64,000 nucleotides of DNA from Callorhinchus milii (taxonomy: Eukaryota): NCBI RefSeq assembly GCF_018977255.1, contig NW_024704742.1:138386001-138450000 (forward strand), given 5' to 3'. Every line of letters begins with the position of its first letter. Within the stretch, counting starts at the first letter, position 1. Of this stretch, positions 33,564 to 48,500 are shown in pieces. The translations under genes were made by a program, and so were the position numbers. A model generated the notes under the pieces. That model worked only from the letters and a program-made list of their open reading frames with translations, ran no database searches and was not told where the DNA came from.

Positions 33564-36500
33564 CTGCCGGGAGAGGAGAGGGACACTTATATAGAGCGAA
33601 CAGCACACCGACTGTGTCACACATAACATAACCCCCCTCACACACACACACACACACACACCATTACACTCAGCAATCCCCCTTCCTCTCTCTCACACAC
33701 AGACACACGCACAAGACACACAGATGAATAATGAATTCTGCATTAAGTTAGAGAGGGATATAGTTAAATCCGAGGCAGGTATTCTGAATTTAAATAGGGC
33801 TAATTTTGTAGGTATGAGGAAAGATTTAGGTAAAATAGACTGGAGAATAAGATTAAGAGGTGAAAATGTAGACCAACAGTGGCAAATATTTAAGGATGTA
33901 GTGCAAAATTCTCAGCGGTCGCATATTCCCTTGCGGAATAAGAGAACCACAGGGAAAGCAATTGATCCGTGGCTAACTAGAGCAGTAGGGAAAGCATCAA
34001 ATTAAAAGAAAAGGCTTATAAAACTGCCAAGAAAAGCAGTAAATCTGAAGATTGGGAGAGTTTTAGAAACCAGCAAAATAAAACTAAAAAACTCATTAAG
34101 ATCGAGAAAAAGGAGTATGAGGGTAAGCTCGCTGGGAACACTAAGTCTGGTTGTAAAAGTTTTTACAAATATATTAAGAGGAATAGGCTGTGAGAGTAAA
34201 TGTAGGTCCACTTCAGTCAGAGACGGGAGAAGTTTGTAATGGGGGACAAGGACACGGCAGAGTCCCTAAATGGGGACTTTGCATCTGTCTTCACCCTAGA
34301 AGACACAACAAGTCTGACATCTATAGAGATGCACCAAAGGGATAAGGACAGGGAGCAACTTAGGGAAATTTTCATCAGTAGAGAATTGGTGCTGTTAGCA
34401 CTAAAAAGTGACAAATCCCCGGTCCGGATGGTTTGCATCCCAGGGTTTTAAAAGAGGAGCTTATGAGATAGTGGAGGCCTTATGTCTGATCTTCCAAAAT
34501 TCCTTGGATTCTGGAACAGTCCCCATGGACTGGAAGATCGCAAATGTCACACCACTATTTATAAAAGGTGGAAAGGAACAGATGGGGAACTGTAGGCAGT
34601 TAGTCTCACATCAGCGATAGGAAACATTTTAGAATCATTGACTAAGGATGTGGTAGTGCAGTATTTAGGGCACAATATAATTAGGCCGAGTCAACACGGC
34701 TTTACAAAAGGGAGGTCATGTTTGACAAATCTCATAGAGTGTTTTGAGGACATTTCCAGTAAACTCGATAAGGGTGAATCAGTGGTCTATTTGGACTTCC
34801 AGAAGGCATTCGATAAAGTGCCACATAAAAGGTTAGTCCAAAAGATAAGGGCCCATGGAATTGGGGAGAGCGTATTAACATGGATTGGGGAATGGTTAAC
34901 GGGTAGGAAACAAAGAGTAGGGATAAACGGGTCCTTTTCAGATTGGCGGGATGTGACGAGTGGAGTGCCACAAGGATCAGTCCTCGGGCCTCAGCTATTT
35001 ACCACCTACATCAACGATCTTGATGAGGACATCGAAGTTAATATATTTAAATTCGGGGATGACACAAAACTAGGAGGAAGTGCCAACACAGAGGACCACA
35101 TTAAAAAAATGCAGTGAGACATAGATAGGTTTGGTGATCGGGCAGATAGGTGGCAGATGAAGTATAATGTAGGGAAGTGAGAAGTCATCCACCTCGGTAG
35201 CAAAAGCAGTAGAGCGGGTTATATTTTAGAAGGGGAGAGATTGGAAGGTGTTAGGGTCCAGAGGGACTTGGGTTCCTTGTACACCAATCACAGAAAGTTA
35301 GTCTGCAGCTGCAGCAGCAATTAGGAAGGGAAACGGTATGTTAGCATTCATTATGAAAGGATTAGAGTATAAGAGTAGGGAAGTTTTGCTGCAACTGTAT
35401 AGGGCCCTGTGAGACCACACTTGGAATATTGTGTGCAGTTTTGGTCTCCTTATTTAAGGAAGGATGTACTTGCCTTGGAGGGGGTGCAGCGGAGATTTAC
35501 TGGGTTAGTACCAGGGATGAGTTACGAGGAGAGGCTGACCAATTTGGGCCTATATTCTCCAGAATATAGAAGAATTAGAGGGGATCCCTCGCACACACAC
35601 AGATAGACACGCATATATACGTACACATAAATACACTCGCACACACACAGACAGACACGCACAGACACACACACAGAATCTGTCAGTCACTTACTGGCTG
35701 GAACTGCACGTCTTGGAAGAGTTCCTGGATGAACCTGCGTGAGGGCAGCCGGAAGGTGCAGTGAGCCAGCAAGTGGGACACCTCAGAGTACAGACAGATG
35801 TCATCAAACGCATGAGGGAACTTCTCCTTTATCCTGTCACACAGAAACCAGAGTTAGAGAGAGACAGTCATGTGTTCAGGGGCTACGCCAGGAGATGGGT
35901 ATCATAGAATATACAGCACAGAAGGAGGCCATTCGGCCCATCGTGTCTGTGTCGGCTCCTTGAGAAGAGCTTCCAAATCAACCCCACACCCCCGCGCACT
36001 CCCCGTAGCCCTGATCAACCCCACTCCCCCCACTCTCCCCATAACCCTGATCAACCCCACTCCCCCCCACTCTCCCCATAGCCCTGATCAACCCCACTCC
36101 CCCGCTCTCTCCCCTTTATTATAATCATATTTGCACCCTCTCCAATGCCTTGACATCCTTCCTAAAGTGTGGGGCCCAGCACTGAGCCCAGTCTCTCGCT
36201 GAGGCCCCACCAGTGATTTATATAAAGGGTCATCGTGACTTCCTGACTTGTGTATTCTATGCCCTATTTATAAAGCCTCGTGTCCGGATGCTTTATTAAC
36301 AGCTGTATCTACCTGTCCGGTCACCTTCAAAGATTTACTATATGACCCCCAGGTCTCTCTGTCCCTTCACCCCCTTTAAGATTGTACCATCAGCTTATAT
36401 GGCCTCTCCTCATTCTTCCTCACAAACTCCATCACTTTGCATTTCTCCACATTAAACGCCATCTGCCCCGTGTCGGCCCACGTTACCAGTCTGTCTATGG

Positions 36501-39500
36501 CCATTTACAGGCTGCGACTGTCCTCCTCACTGGTTACTACTTTCCCAGCTCAGTATCATCTGCAAACGTGGGAATTGTCCTCCCTCTCCCCAAGCCCAGG
36601 TCATTTATATAGATCACAAACAGCAGTGGCCCCAATACTGGCCCCCGGGGGACACCACTGCACACTTCCCTCCAGTCAGAGAAACAACCGTTCCCCACAC
36701 TCTCTGCTCTCTGTCTCCCAGTTCTGTATCTGCTGCCACTGTCCCTTTAATACCGGGGCTTCGATTCTGTTTACAAGTCTCTTATCAGTTTATCAAAAAC
36801 CTTTTGAAATCCATATAAACGACATCAGCTGCTCTCCCTTCATCCGCCCTTTCCATTACTGCATCAAAAAACTATCAGGTTTGTTAGACATGATTTGCCT
36901 TTAACAAACCCGTGTTGCCTGTCCTTTATTAACCCATATTTTTCTAAGAGAAAATTTATTTTGTCCCGGATTGTGAGGGGGAAAAAGCAACCAATTTCCT
37001 AGGGTACAGTCAGCACATCACACTTTGGGTCAGGGCACAAGCTGCATTAAGACATCCGTGAAACCGATGGGTTTCAAAGTGTGAAACTGCACCATGGAGC
37101 CCCAATTAGATGTTGTGTTGTGTCAGCCTGGCTTAGTTGGACGTCGACAGCTGTAGAAGATTGCAGGTTTGAGCCCCACATGTCGGGGTCTCTGAGCTCA
37201 CAGTCCAGGCTGACACTCCAGCGCAGCGCCGGGGAAAGAGAGAGCGAGAGAGAGAGATGCATTGTCAGAGACGACGTCCTTCAAGTGAGACGTTAAACCA
37301 AGTCACGTCTACCCTGTTCAGGTTGACGTTAAAGATCCTGTGAGACTTTTGGGAAAAGAGAAGGGAGTTTCTCTCTCCGTCCCTGTGTCCTGGCTGACAA
37401 TCCTCCAGATAAATATCATTCTATTCATGCCTGTTGGTGGGACGTTACTGTGTAGTTGCTGTGTTTCATGTACTTAACAGCAACTGCCTATGAAAGTGCT
37501 AAGAAACATTGCATTATTTCATTGCTGTGGCTGCAATGTGAGGTTAGTATTACCCAAAGTCTGATGCAGGCAGGAGGGAACCAGAGAGGGAACAACAGGT
37601 CATATCAACCTGTCCACTCCCTCCATTCAGCAGGCTCCAGCCCGGCCCACCCTGCCCCCACGCTCTGGAGCTCCATCCCACACTCCCTTCACCTCGTTCC
37701 CTACCTTGCCTCCTTCAAGGCCTGACTCAAGACCCTCCTCTTGACTGTACCTTCAGCCACTCTCTCACCCTCCCTGCCCTCTCCCACCCTCCACCCTCTG
37801 GATCCCAACCCCCAGCTCAGGTCCAAATCCCTGACTTGGGACGTTCTCCCGATGTGAAAAGTGCTGTGTAAATGTCAATTGTTGTCTTCACCCAAAACCC
37901 CGACCCCATCTACCAAGGTTCCAGAGAGAGTGATATAAAGCACACACCCTCCCCCCCACACACACAAAACCTGGGAGAGGAGAGAGCTCACGTCAGGAGG
38001 CCGGTCTCATGGCCTTTCGTGCCCACTGAGCTGCTCAGGTTGATGACCAGCCTCAGCACCTCCTTCCTCAGCAGCACACGGCAGGCAGGGGTGTCCTCCA
38101 TCACCGGCTTCACTCCTGCAACACACACAGCACAGGGTCAGTGCTGGGGCTCGCTCACCCACTGGAGCTCTCTCTCTACTCTAACCCCATTCCTTGCTCT
38201 CTCTCTTTCTCTTTCTCCCCCCATCGTGTCTGTGCTGGTGCTCGCTCCCCCACTGGAGCTCTCTACTCTAACCCCATTCCCTGCTCTCTCCCCATCGTGT
38301 CTGTGCTGGTGTTCGCTCCCCCACTGGAACTCTCTACTCTTAACCCCATTCCCTGCTCTCTCCCCATCGTGTCTGTGCTGGTGCTCGCTCCCCCACTGGA
38401 ACTCTCTACTCTAACCCCATTCCCTGCTCTCTCCCCATCGTGTCTGTGCTGGTGTTCGCTCCCCCACTGGAACTCTCTACTCTAACCACATTCCCTGCTC
38501 TCTCCCCATGGTGTCTGTGCTGGTGCTCACTCCCCCACTGGAGCTCTCTACTCTAACCCCATTCCCTGCTCTCTCCCCATCATGTCTGTGCTGGTGCTCG
38601 CTGTAATTGGAGGTCACACTGACCGATGACGATGTCCAGGCTCTTGACGCTGTTGGCTGAGCCCTGGGACACGGAGTCGCTGCAGCCTGAGATGCCGGAG
38701 ATCTTGGATCGAGGTGTGACCTCCAGGTGTGTGTGGATGGGGATCGCGGGGACACAGCAGTCAGAGTATGGAATGTCAGGAAAATCTGCAACACGTTTGT
38801 GGTGGTTAGAAAGGTTCTGGGTCCCGCTTGCGCTCTCACTCTTTGCCAGAAGGGTATGAGTTTGAGCCCCATGGGCAACGCTGCATTTTCAGAGGCACAG
38901 TCCCATTAAACTGAAGTGGACGTTGACAATGTTGTTATTGGGAAAAGACAAGGGAGTTTCTCCTGTTTTCTGGCTGAAAATCCAGATAATTTGCTCATTT
39001 ACCTCTTGGCTATGGTTGGATCCTGCTATAATAAAACACTACCTTGCCTACAGTCACTATATTTGACAGTAAAGCTGAGCGGTTGCAATGTGATGAGGCA
39101 TTATAAAAATTATCTATCTATCTATCCATCTATCCATCTATCTAACTAGGAATGCTGAAGGCCGAGCTCCCGGCCCATCGGTGGTCAGGCCTTCAGCCTC
39201 CCTGCCCCCACTCTCTGGAACTCCATCCCATAGATCCTTCGCCTCACTCCCTCCCTTGCAAATTTTGCTGGATCCATTCACATTGTCCAGACTGAGGTGG
39301 AGAGATGTTTGTCAGGTCAGGGAATCAGGGGATATGGAGCAAAGGTGGGTAATTGGAGTTGAGGTACAGATCAGCCATGATCTTACAGAATGGCGGAATA
39401 GACTTGAGGGGCTGAATAGACTCCTCCTGTTCCTATGTAAGGCCTGTCTCAAGACCCTCCTTTTCAACCATGTCTTCAGTCACTCTCCTATCCCCACCCT

Positions 39501-42500
39501 CCACCCCTCCTGATGTCGACCCCCAGCTTGGGTGCAAATCCCTCAATGTCCGGCGCCTTGGGATGTCCTCCCGACATGTGTATGTGTAATGTATTGTTGA
39601 TGTTGCTGGCACACACCTGCACGGCTCAGGCTGCACTGACTGCTGTGACAGCCCAGGACGTGGAGACAGGCACAGTACAGGCAGCCGGCCTCCGTGTGCT
39701 CCTGCAGCCCGGTGTCCTCTGCAGGATCGGAGGACGGGACACCCTCCGCAGCTTTCAGCATGGCCTCCGTGAAGCTGATCTGTGGCCTCAGCTCCTGGTA
39801 GGGACTCCGGGAGCCGGGGCACGAGGTGGGGCCTGCAATAGGAGCAACCCATGGCATTATCATAGAATCACAGAATCTTACAGCACAACAGGAGACTATT
39901 CGGCTCATTGTGCCTGTGTCGGCTCTTTGAAAGAGCTGCCAACTAGTCCTACTCCCCTGCTCTCACCCCATATCCCTGCACATTTTTCCTTTTTAATATC
40001 TACCCAATTTGCTTTGAAGCGCTTTGAGATGTCTCGAAGATGTGATGAGGCTCAATACCAAATGCAAGGATTATTATTAATTCCCTTTTGAAATCTAACC
40101 AGTTGATCCTAATATTTCAATGCTGGTTTGGGAAATATCATCTTAACTTGAGTTTAAACATCGAGTTAAACGAGTGCTTGCAATAATTCGACCTGATGTT
40201 TTAGTGGTTTCTACAGCATATTTCTTTACATATATATTCACACTGGGAGCTGTGACACAGTCGCTGGCCTGGTCTGGTCTGGGAGACTGGTGCACTCGCT
40301 CCGTCTCTAGCTGGCTGCTGAGGACTGAGCATGTTGGAGGGATGTGAGCCCCAGGTGTGGCTGAGCCAGGGAAGTGTGAGTGCCGCCGAGAACAACTGCC
40401 ATTTACCTTCTGTGACCGGTGTGTGGACTCGGAAGAACAGCTCGTCATCCGGGGGGCTGCACTTCTGCTGGAAATACGGGGTCTCCTTGACCTGGCGAGT
40501 GAGGGGGAGAGCGGCCATGTTAATCCATTGTTAGCCACAGGCTCAGTACTTTATAACAACAACAACATTTACATAGTGCCCCTCACCCAGCGTAGCCTCC
40601 CGTTATATAATAATAATAATCATCGCATTTGATGTATCGCCTTATCATGTCTTCGAGACGTCTCAAAGCGCTTCACAGCATATACTGTGAAGTGAATTGA
40701 CTGTATATTTTGTGGGCGAATCCCGGCAGCCAATTGAGCACAGCAGCGTCCACAAACAGTTGTGGATTGTGACCACATTATCATTACTTTATACACACGT
40801 ATTTATTTTTGAAGGGATTATTACCCCTGGAAAATCAACTAACAACTATGTTCCTACTTACTGCCAGGTAAACAGAGGCACATGGAGTAAGGAAACTTGC
40901 CCAACATTTTGCCCTGCCCGGGAATTGAAACCTGGTCCTCGTTTGTGAGGCGAGGGCTCTAACCACTAAACTACAGGAATTCATTTGAGAAGCAGTTTGA
41001 GATGTATCAACATTATGGGTTGTCCATCAATGAAAAGATATAACTGTGTTAGAACCATAGAAATTTACAGCACAGAAGAAGGCCATTCAGCCCTTCTGTC
41101 TGTGCTGGCTACCATTTACCTGCCCTTCAACCCCTATCCTCCTGTGTTGGTGGGCCTGGAGATGCGTAAGTATGAGCGCAGTTATTACACACCAGCATCC
41201 TGTGTCTCTGGTCAGACAGTTCCTAGAGCTGCCATCGAGGGCCAGTCAATGAGCATCAACGACAACTTGCATTTACACAGCACCCCTCATGCAAGGCGGT
41301 GTCCCAGAGTATGACAGTGGAGGAGCACGACATCAAGTCGTGGGGAGGGGGAGGTGACCGTAGGCACGGACGAAGAAGAAGGTCTTCAGTGGAGATCTGA
41401 AGATGGGGAAGGAAGGGGCAAGGCAGAGGGATAGAGGGAGAGTGTTCCAGCGTTTTGGGGCGTAGTGACTGAAAGTGCAGCCATCGATAGTGGAACGGAG
41501 GGTATGAGAGCCAAGCAGGAGGCCGGAGCCAGTCGAGCAAAGGCAGTGGGTTGTGGGTTACAACGTGATCAGGTCGGAGAGGGAGGGCGTTGCCAGGGTG
41601 TGAAGGGATTTGAAAACAAGTGTGAGGAATCTTGAAATTTAACAGACTAAGAGATGTATCACATATCACCAGAGAGGGAAATCCAATGCCCCAGAATGTC
41701 AGTAAGTTAGAGCTTCCTACCTGGAAGAGTTCGTTGATGTCTGTTGGCAGAGCCAGGCCGATGTAATCGTCCGTGCTGCCGTACGTGGCGTTGGAAACCA
41801 TGGAGCGGACTGAGGACGATCGCTGCAGCGTGGTCTGATTAATTGGACTTAATAAATCCTCCTTATCGAGCGAGGCGAAGCTGAGCGCTTTGATAAACCT
41901 GGGAGGGAGGGGAGGGAAAGAGGTAACTATAATAATAATAATCCTTGCATTTCATACAGTGCTTTATCATGTCTTCGAGACATCTCAAAGCGCTTCATAG
42001 AATATACTTTAAAGTGAATTGACTGTATATTTTGTGGGGAAAATGCGGCAGCCACTTGCGCACTGCAGTGTCCCACAAACAGTCTTGGATTGAGTGACCA
42101 AATTATTATTAACCTCGAGTCCAAAACAGTGGGGCATAATTATAAGCTATCCAGTAATAGATCTGATAAGAGATTTCAGGAGGAAATTCTTCACACAACA
42201 AAATCAATGTCCCGGAGACTTGAGGGTGTGAGAGTGGAATTCATTGCCGGGAGTTGTGTTTACATCAACATTAATCAATGTGTTTAATAGGAAATTTGAC
42301 GCAGACATGAGGGAGAAGGGAATAGAGGGGTGAAGGAGAGGGGAAAGAGAGGGATGTAGGAGAGGGAAACGAGGGGTGTGGGAAAGGGGAATAGAAGGGT
42401 TTGGGAGAGGGGAATAGAGGGGTATAGGAGAGGGGTAAAGAGGGATGTAGGAGAGGGAAACAGAGGAGTGTGGGAGAGGGGAATACAGGGTGTACAAAAC

Positions 42501-45500
42501 AGGAATAGAGGGGTATAGTGTGTGTATGTAAAATCATCGAATTATACAGCACAGAAGGAGGCCATTCAGCCCATCGTGTCTATGCCAGCTCTTCCCCGCT
42601 CTCTCCCCATAGCTCTGCAAGCTTGTCCTCCCCAAATAATTATCTACTTCTCTCTAAAAAGTTATCGAATCGGCTTCCCTTTGATTTCAAGATCCTCATC
42701 CTCACCTACAAGGCCATTCACGGCCTCGCTCCCTCCTACCTCTCCGACCTACTATCCCCCTACCTACCTGCCCGTACCCTCCGTTCCTCTGGCTCCGGTC
42801 TGCTCCACGTCCCCCGCCCCAACCGCCCTACCATCGGTGGTCGGGCCTTCAGCCTCTCAGCCCCCAGGCTCTGGAACTCCATCCCCCAGTGCCTTCGCCG
42901 CTTCCTCCCTTTCCTCCTTCAAGGCCGGTCTCAAAACCTTTCTCTTTGACCGAGCCTTCAGCTCCCCTCACCCTGACCATTTCCCCCCTCCTCGCTCCCT
43001 CCCTTCCCTCCCCTCACCCTGACCATTTCCCCCCTGCTCGGGTCATGACCCAACTGTGCAGCGCCTTGGGACGTCCTCCTGACGTGAAAGGCGCTCTATA
43101 AATGGAATCTTGTTGTTGTTGTTGTTGTTCCCTCAGCCTTTCAGGCAATGCATTCCAGATCCACAACTCACTGTGTGAAAACATTTCTCCTCCCCTCCCC
43201 TCTGTTTCTTTTAACAATTATTTTAAATCGGTGTCCTCGGGTTCCCGACCCACCGCCAGTGGGAATAGTCTCTCCTGTTCACCCTATTGAATCCCCTCAT
43301 AATGTTGAAAACTTGTCTATTAAGTCTCCTCTTAACCCTCTCTGCTCCCAGGAGAATAATCCCAGCGTCTCCGGCCTCTCCTGCTCACTGAAGTCCCTCA
43401 TTCCTGGTACCATTCTGGTCAATCTCCTTTGCACCCTCTCCAATGCCTTGACATCCTTCCTAAAGTGTGACATCCTTCCTAAAGTGTGTACCTGTGGTGT
43501 GTGTATGTGAGTGGGGTGTGTATGTATACGTGTGTAACTGTAGTGTGTGTATGTGTATACGTTTACCTGTGGTGTGTGTATGTGTATATATGTACATGTA
43601 GTATGTGTGTACTTGTGCTGTGTGTGTGTGTGTGGTGTGTCTATATGTATGCGTGTACCTATGGTATGTATGTATGGGGTGTGTGTATGTGTGTGGGGGG
43701 GGGGTGGGTGTGTATATGTGTACCTGTGGTGTGTGTGTGTGTGTATCTGTTGTGTGTGTATGTGTACTTGTGGTATGTGTTTGTGAGCGGTATGCGTGTT
43801 TATGTGTGTACCTGTGATGTCTGTGTGTACCTGTGGTATGTGTATGGGGTATATGTGTGTGTGTACGTGTGTACCTGTGGTGTGTGTGTACATGTGTATA
43901 TATACCTGCGGGGGGTCAGTCTGGAGTCCAGGCTGCCTGTTTTCATGGTGATGGTATCAGTGAAGAGCACGTCCTTGGCTGGTGAGGCCAGAGCCTCGGA
44001 GTGGGACAGGGACGAGTGCATGCGCTGCTGCTGGAGCCGCTTGAGGGTGGCGTAGCCAAAGGCGTCCCGCGGGCTGGTGTAGCTGAAGTTGCAGTCAGTC
44101 AGGCTCTTGATGGCAGCCACGGAAGGGGCTTTGAGTGACTGTGCGCGGCGGGGGAGAGTGTGTGAGGAGCCGGGTAGCACCAAAGAGACTGAGCTGGACT
44201 TGGCGAGGGGCAGGTGGTTGGTTTGTGGTGTGAGTGAGAGGCTGTTTTTCACTGTCCTGGCACTGACGATGGTGCTCAGACTCCCACAGTCGGTGTCCAC
44301 CTGCACGGTCTCCCCTGACGGGCTGGAGCTGACTGAGCTCATGGAGCTGATGCCGCTGGTTGTCGTGTCCGTGTTGAAGCTCTGGCTGCGGCTCTTGAAC
44401 TGGGTGCTGCCGTCGCCCGCCGAGCGCTCCCGGTGATTGTCTCCCACCAGTGCCCGCGGTCGCTTCAGGTCCGACTCGGAGATGCTGTGCGTGCTGCCGC
44501 GACTCCCTGGCTCCCGACTGCCTACGAACGAGGTCTCGAGGCTCAGCGTGTGGCTCTTGTGCATCCCGCGGCTGCCGTTGAAGACGTCGCCGGGCGGGTA
44601 GTCGGTGCTGTTGGCCGGCTCGGTCACCGTCCGCACGCGCCGGGGCAGCTGCTTACGCTCAGCGCCCGCCTTCCCGGTCTTGGACTCACTCCCACTCCGC
44701 AGCTTCTTGCTGGGCAGAGAGGTGAGGTTGTTGAAGAAACGTCGGGTGACAAAGCGAGAGGAGCTGAGGATGCTCAGAGCACTGCGGTCCTTGTCTTTGG
44801 GGGCTTTGGGTCTCTCTGGGACCCCAGGGTCCCCCTCCTCACTGATGTCCAGGAAGAAGGTGCTAGTGGTGCTGCTCCCATAACGTTCATCCTCCAGAAT
44901 AAACATGCCTGAAACAAACCCCAGCCCAGCATTATTATTATTATTATTATCATCCAGTTCCCTGCATTTTTGATATAGCGCCTTATCATGTCTTCAACAT
45001 GTCTCACAAAGCACTTCGCAGAATAAACCGTAAAGTGTAGTGACTGTGTGTTTTGTGAGCGAAACACAGCAGCTAATTGCACACAGCAGCATCCCATAAA
45101 CAGTCGTGGATTGAGTGACCAAATTATTATTATTATTTTTAAAAGTTTTGAAGAGATTATTACCCCCAGAAAGTGAACCACCAATTGGCTAACAATCAGG
45201 TTCCTACTTACTGCTGAGTAAACAGAGGCGTATGAGTAAGGAAACTTGCCCAGCATTTTGCCCTGAACAGGAATCAAACCCAGGTCCTCTCGCTTGTGAG
45301 GCGAGGGCTCTAACCACTGAGCTCCAATGTTTCACACAAGTGTTGTTGAAGTTCAAACCATAGGAAATCTATCTAATTTGTTCTTGAAACAAACTACACT
45401 TTCTGCTTCCACCATCTCCCTTGGCAGCCAGTTCCACACATTTACTACTCACTCACTGAAGTAGTTTGAAGTGGGGACAGTGTGGAGGGTTTTCTGGGGT

Positions 45501-48500
45501 GGAATAGTGGGAGTGGAGGGGAGGGAGGGTTGGAGAGAGGAGAGGAGGGGAGGGAGGGTTGGAGACTCTGGGGCACTCACTCTGGGGTAAGCATTCGCTC
45601 TCGCTGTTGTGCCGGGAGCTGGCACACTCCGAGTTGAGGCTGAGGGTGCTGGGCACTGAGCACAGCTCACTGTAAAGCTGCTCCATGTCATCGGGGGCCA
45701 CAGGCCAGGGGTGCCTGCGGCTGTGCCTCACGCAGTCCCAGGAGTGCTGCTTCAGCACATCACAGCCCGGCTTAGTCTTAGCCAGGAGACCCAGCACGTA
45801 CACACACGTCCTGCCAGAGAGAGAGAGAGAGAATGAGAAATACTTACATTTGGATGGTCACTCATCATGTCAAAAATCTCTCAAAGCACTTTCCAATAAT
45901 TACTGTCAACATCAACAACAAATGACATTTACACGGTGCCTTTCACGTCGGGAGGACGTCCCAAGGTGCTGGACAGTCAGGGATTTGGAACCGAGCTGGA
46001 GGGGTGGGGGTAGGAGGGTGACCAAAGTGTGGTTGAAGAGGAGAGTCTTGAGATGTACCTTGAAGGAGGCGAGGGAGGGAATGTAATGACCGTTATTTCA
46101 ACAACTTTCATTGATATAGCGCCCATCACGCTGGGCAGATTCCCAGAGTGCTTCACGGTGGTGGAGCATGATGCCAAGCCGGGGGGAGTTCGAAGAGGAA
46201 GATCTTCATACGCAACCTGAAGATGGGGAAGGAAGAGGAAGTGTTCCAGACTTTTTGGGGCGTGGTGGATTCAAGATCCTGGTCCTCACCTTCAAAGTCC
46301 TCAATAGCCTTGCTCCCCCCTACCTTTGTGATCTCCTAACCCACCATCCTGCCCGCACCTTGCTCTCAGTGGGATCTGGCCTGCTTCATGTTCCCCGCCT
46401 CGCCCTCCCCACCATTGGCGGGCGGGTGGGCCTTCTGGAACTCCATCCCGCAGTCCCTCCGCCTCATCCCGTCCCTTGCCTCCTTCAAGACCTGTCTCAG
46501 GACCCTCCTCTTTGACCCACCTTCCCCCCCTGCCCTCCACCCTCCCCAATCCCGACCACCAGCTCGGGTCTGAAACACTGACTATCCAGCACCTTGGGAT
46601 GTCCTCCCGACGTGAAAGGTGCTTTACACATCATTTTGTTGTTATTATTGTTGAAAGCACAGCCACCGATGGTGTAACAGAGGGAGTGAGGGGACATGCA
46701 GGAGGCCGGAGCCAGTCGAGCAGAGGCAGCAGGTAGTGGGAGTAAGCAGGTCGGCGAGGTAAGGAGGTGCCAGGGCGTGAAGGGATTTGAAAACAAATGT
46801 GAGGATCTTGAAATCAATCCTTTTGGTGGTAGGGAGCCAGTGAACAGACAGCAAGGTTCCACAAGCAGCCATGTCAACAGCCGTTTATCTGATTATTGGT
46901 TAGAACACCAGGACAAACTCCCTTCTCTTGTCCAACAGTGTTGTGGGATCATTAACGTCCTTCTGAACAGGCACTGATGGGAGGTCGGTTTAATGTCGGA
47001 AGACGTACTTCTCTGACCGCAACTCTCTGACCGCACCTGTCTTTCCCCTCCTCCTCCAACGCCAGAACTTTGGGAAGTGACATGAAAGGCGCTGTGTAAA
47101 TGTAAACATGTACTGTAATGTGTTGTAGGGAGAGTGTTGACAATGAGATGAGAGTGTGGGATTATTTCAAATGTGGTACATTACTTGAAGATGTAATAGA
47201 ATCGCAATGGGCTTTTCTGCTCCTGTAGACTCCTCTGTTCCCTCAGTCTCCTGCTTTGCTATGTATTGTATACACAGTGCACAGTTGACCTGAAACGTTA
47301 ACGCACTCCCCTCTCTCCATAGATGTTGCCTGACCTGCTGAGTGTTCCCAGCGACTTCTGTATTTATTTCAGATTCCCAGCAGTATTTTGCCTTTTGGAG
47401 TTGAGAATGGTTGACTTGTGTGTGTGGAGCAGGTTAAAGGTGAGGATTTTCAGTAGCACTGACTCTGGCTGGTGCTGTCTGTCCGTGTAGTGTGTGGTGG
47501 TGATGGGGAGGAAATGCCATGTTATTGCCTTGCTAGACTAGAGAAACTGGGATTAGAATAGAGAAACTGGGATTGTTCTCCTTAGAGCAGAGAAGATTAA
47601 GGGGAGATTTAGTACTGGTGTTCAAAATTCTAAGGGGTTTTGATAGAGTAGATAGGGAGAAACTGTTTCCTCTGGCAAGTGGGTTGGTAACCAGGTGACA
47701 TAGATCCAAGATAATTGACAAAAGAACCCGAAGGGAAACGGACACATTTTTTTTTTTACATAGAGTATTGTTACGGTCTGGAATGCACTGACTGACAGGG
47801 TGATGGAAGCAGATTCAATAACAACTTCCAAAAGGGAATTATATAGGTACTTGAAAAGGAAAATTCTACAAGGATATCGGGAAAGAGCAGGGGATTGGGA
47901 TCTGATTGGGCAGCTCTTCCAAAGAGCCGGTACAGGTACGATGGGCCGAATGGCCTCCTCCTGTGCTGTAATATTCTATGACTGTAGAACCTGTCAGAGC
48001 TACTTACCCCCTGACTGAGAGGATCTCACACTGCTGGGCCAGAGCTATCATATCAGGAACCACGTTCTCCTCCTGCAGCAGGTTCAGCCCCCAGTTAGAC
48101 GAGCCAATGTTCCCCTGTAACCCACACGACAACCACATTATACATGGCCTGCTCATACACTCATTTAATACCCTCCACACATACGCACCGCACCACACAC
48201 GGGGACTCAAACACACACGTCCACCCACACTTTTTATGCTCCACACTGTACGATTCTGTAAACACATTTAGAGACCAGAAATTCTTTACCCTGTGCGGAG
48301 TGTAATACTAATAAAAATAATCATAATAATCCTAGCATTTGATATAGCGCCTTTATCACGTAGTTCAGATGTTCAGCACGCTTAACCGGATATACTGTAA
48401 AGTGAATTGACTGGATATTTTGTGGGTGAAACGTGGCAGGCAATTGTGCACAGCAGTCTCCCACAAACAGTCATGGATTAAGTGACCAATTTATTTTAAT

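Noticed and set aside
34638..35117. Reverse-transcriptase ORFs (also 60833-61339) as functional genes
   Set aside because: Fragments of CR1/L2 ORF2 with multiple stops and frameshifts and no ORF1/5'UTR.
44089..44912. Plus-strand ORFs of 92-159 aa
   Set aside because: Antisense shadows of the GC-rich large RICTOR exon.
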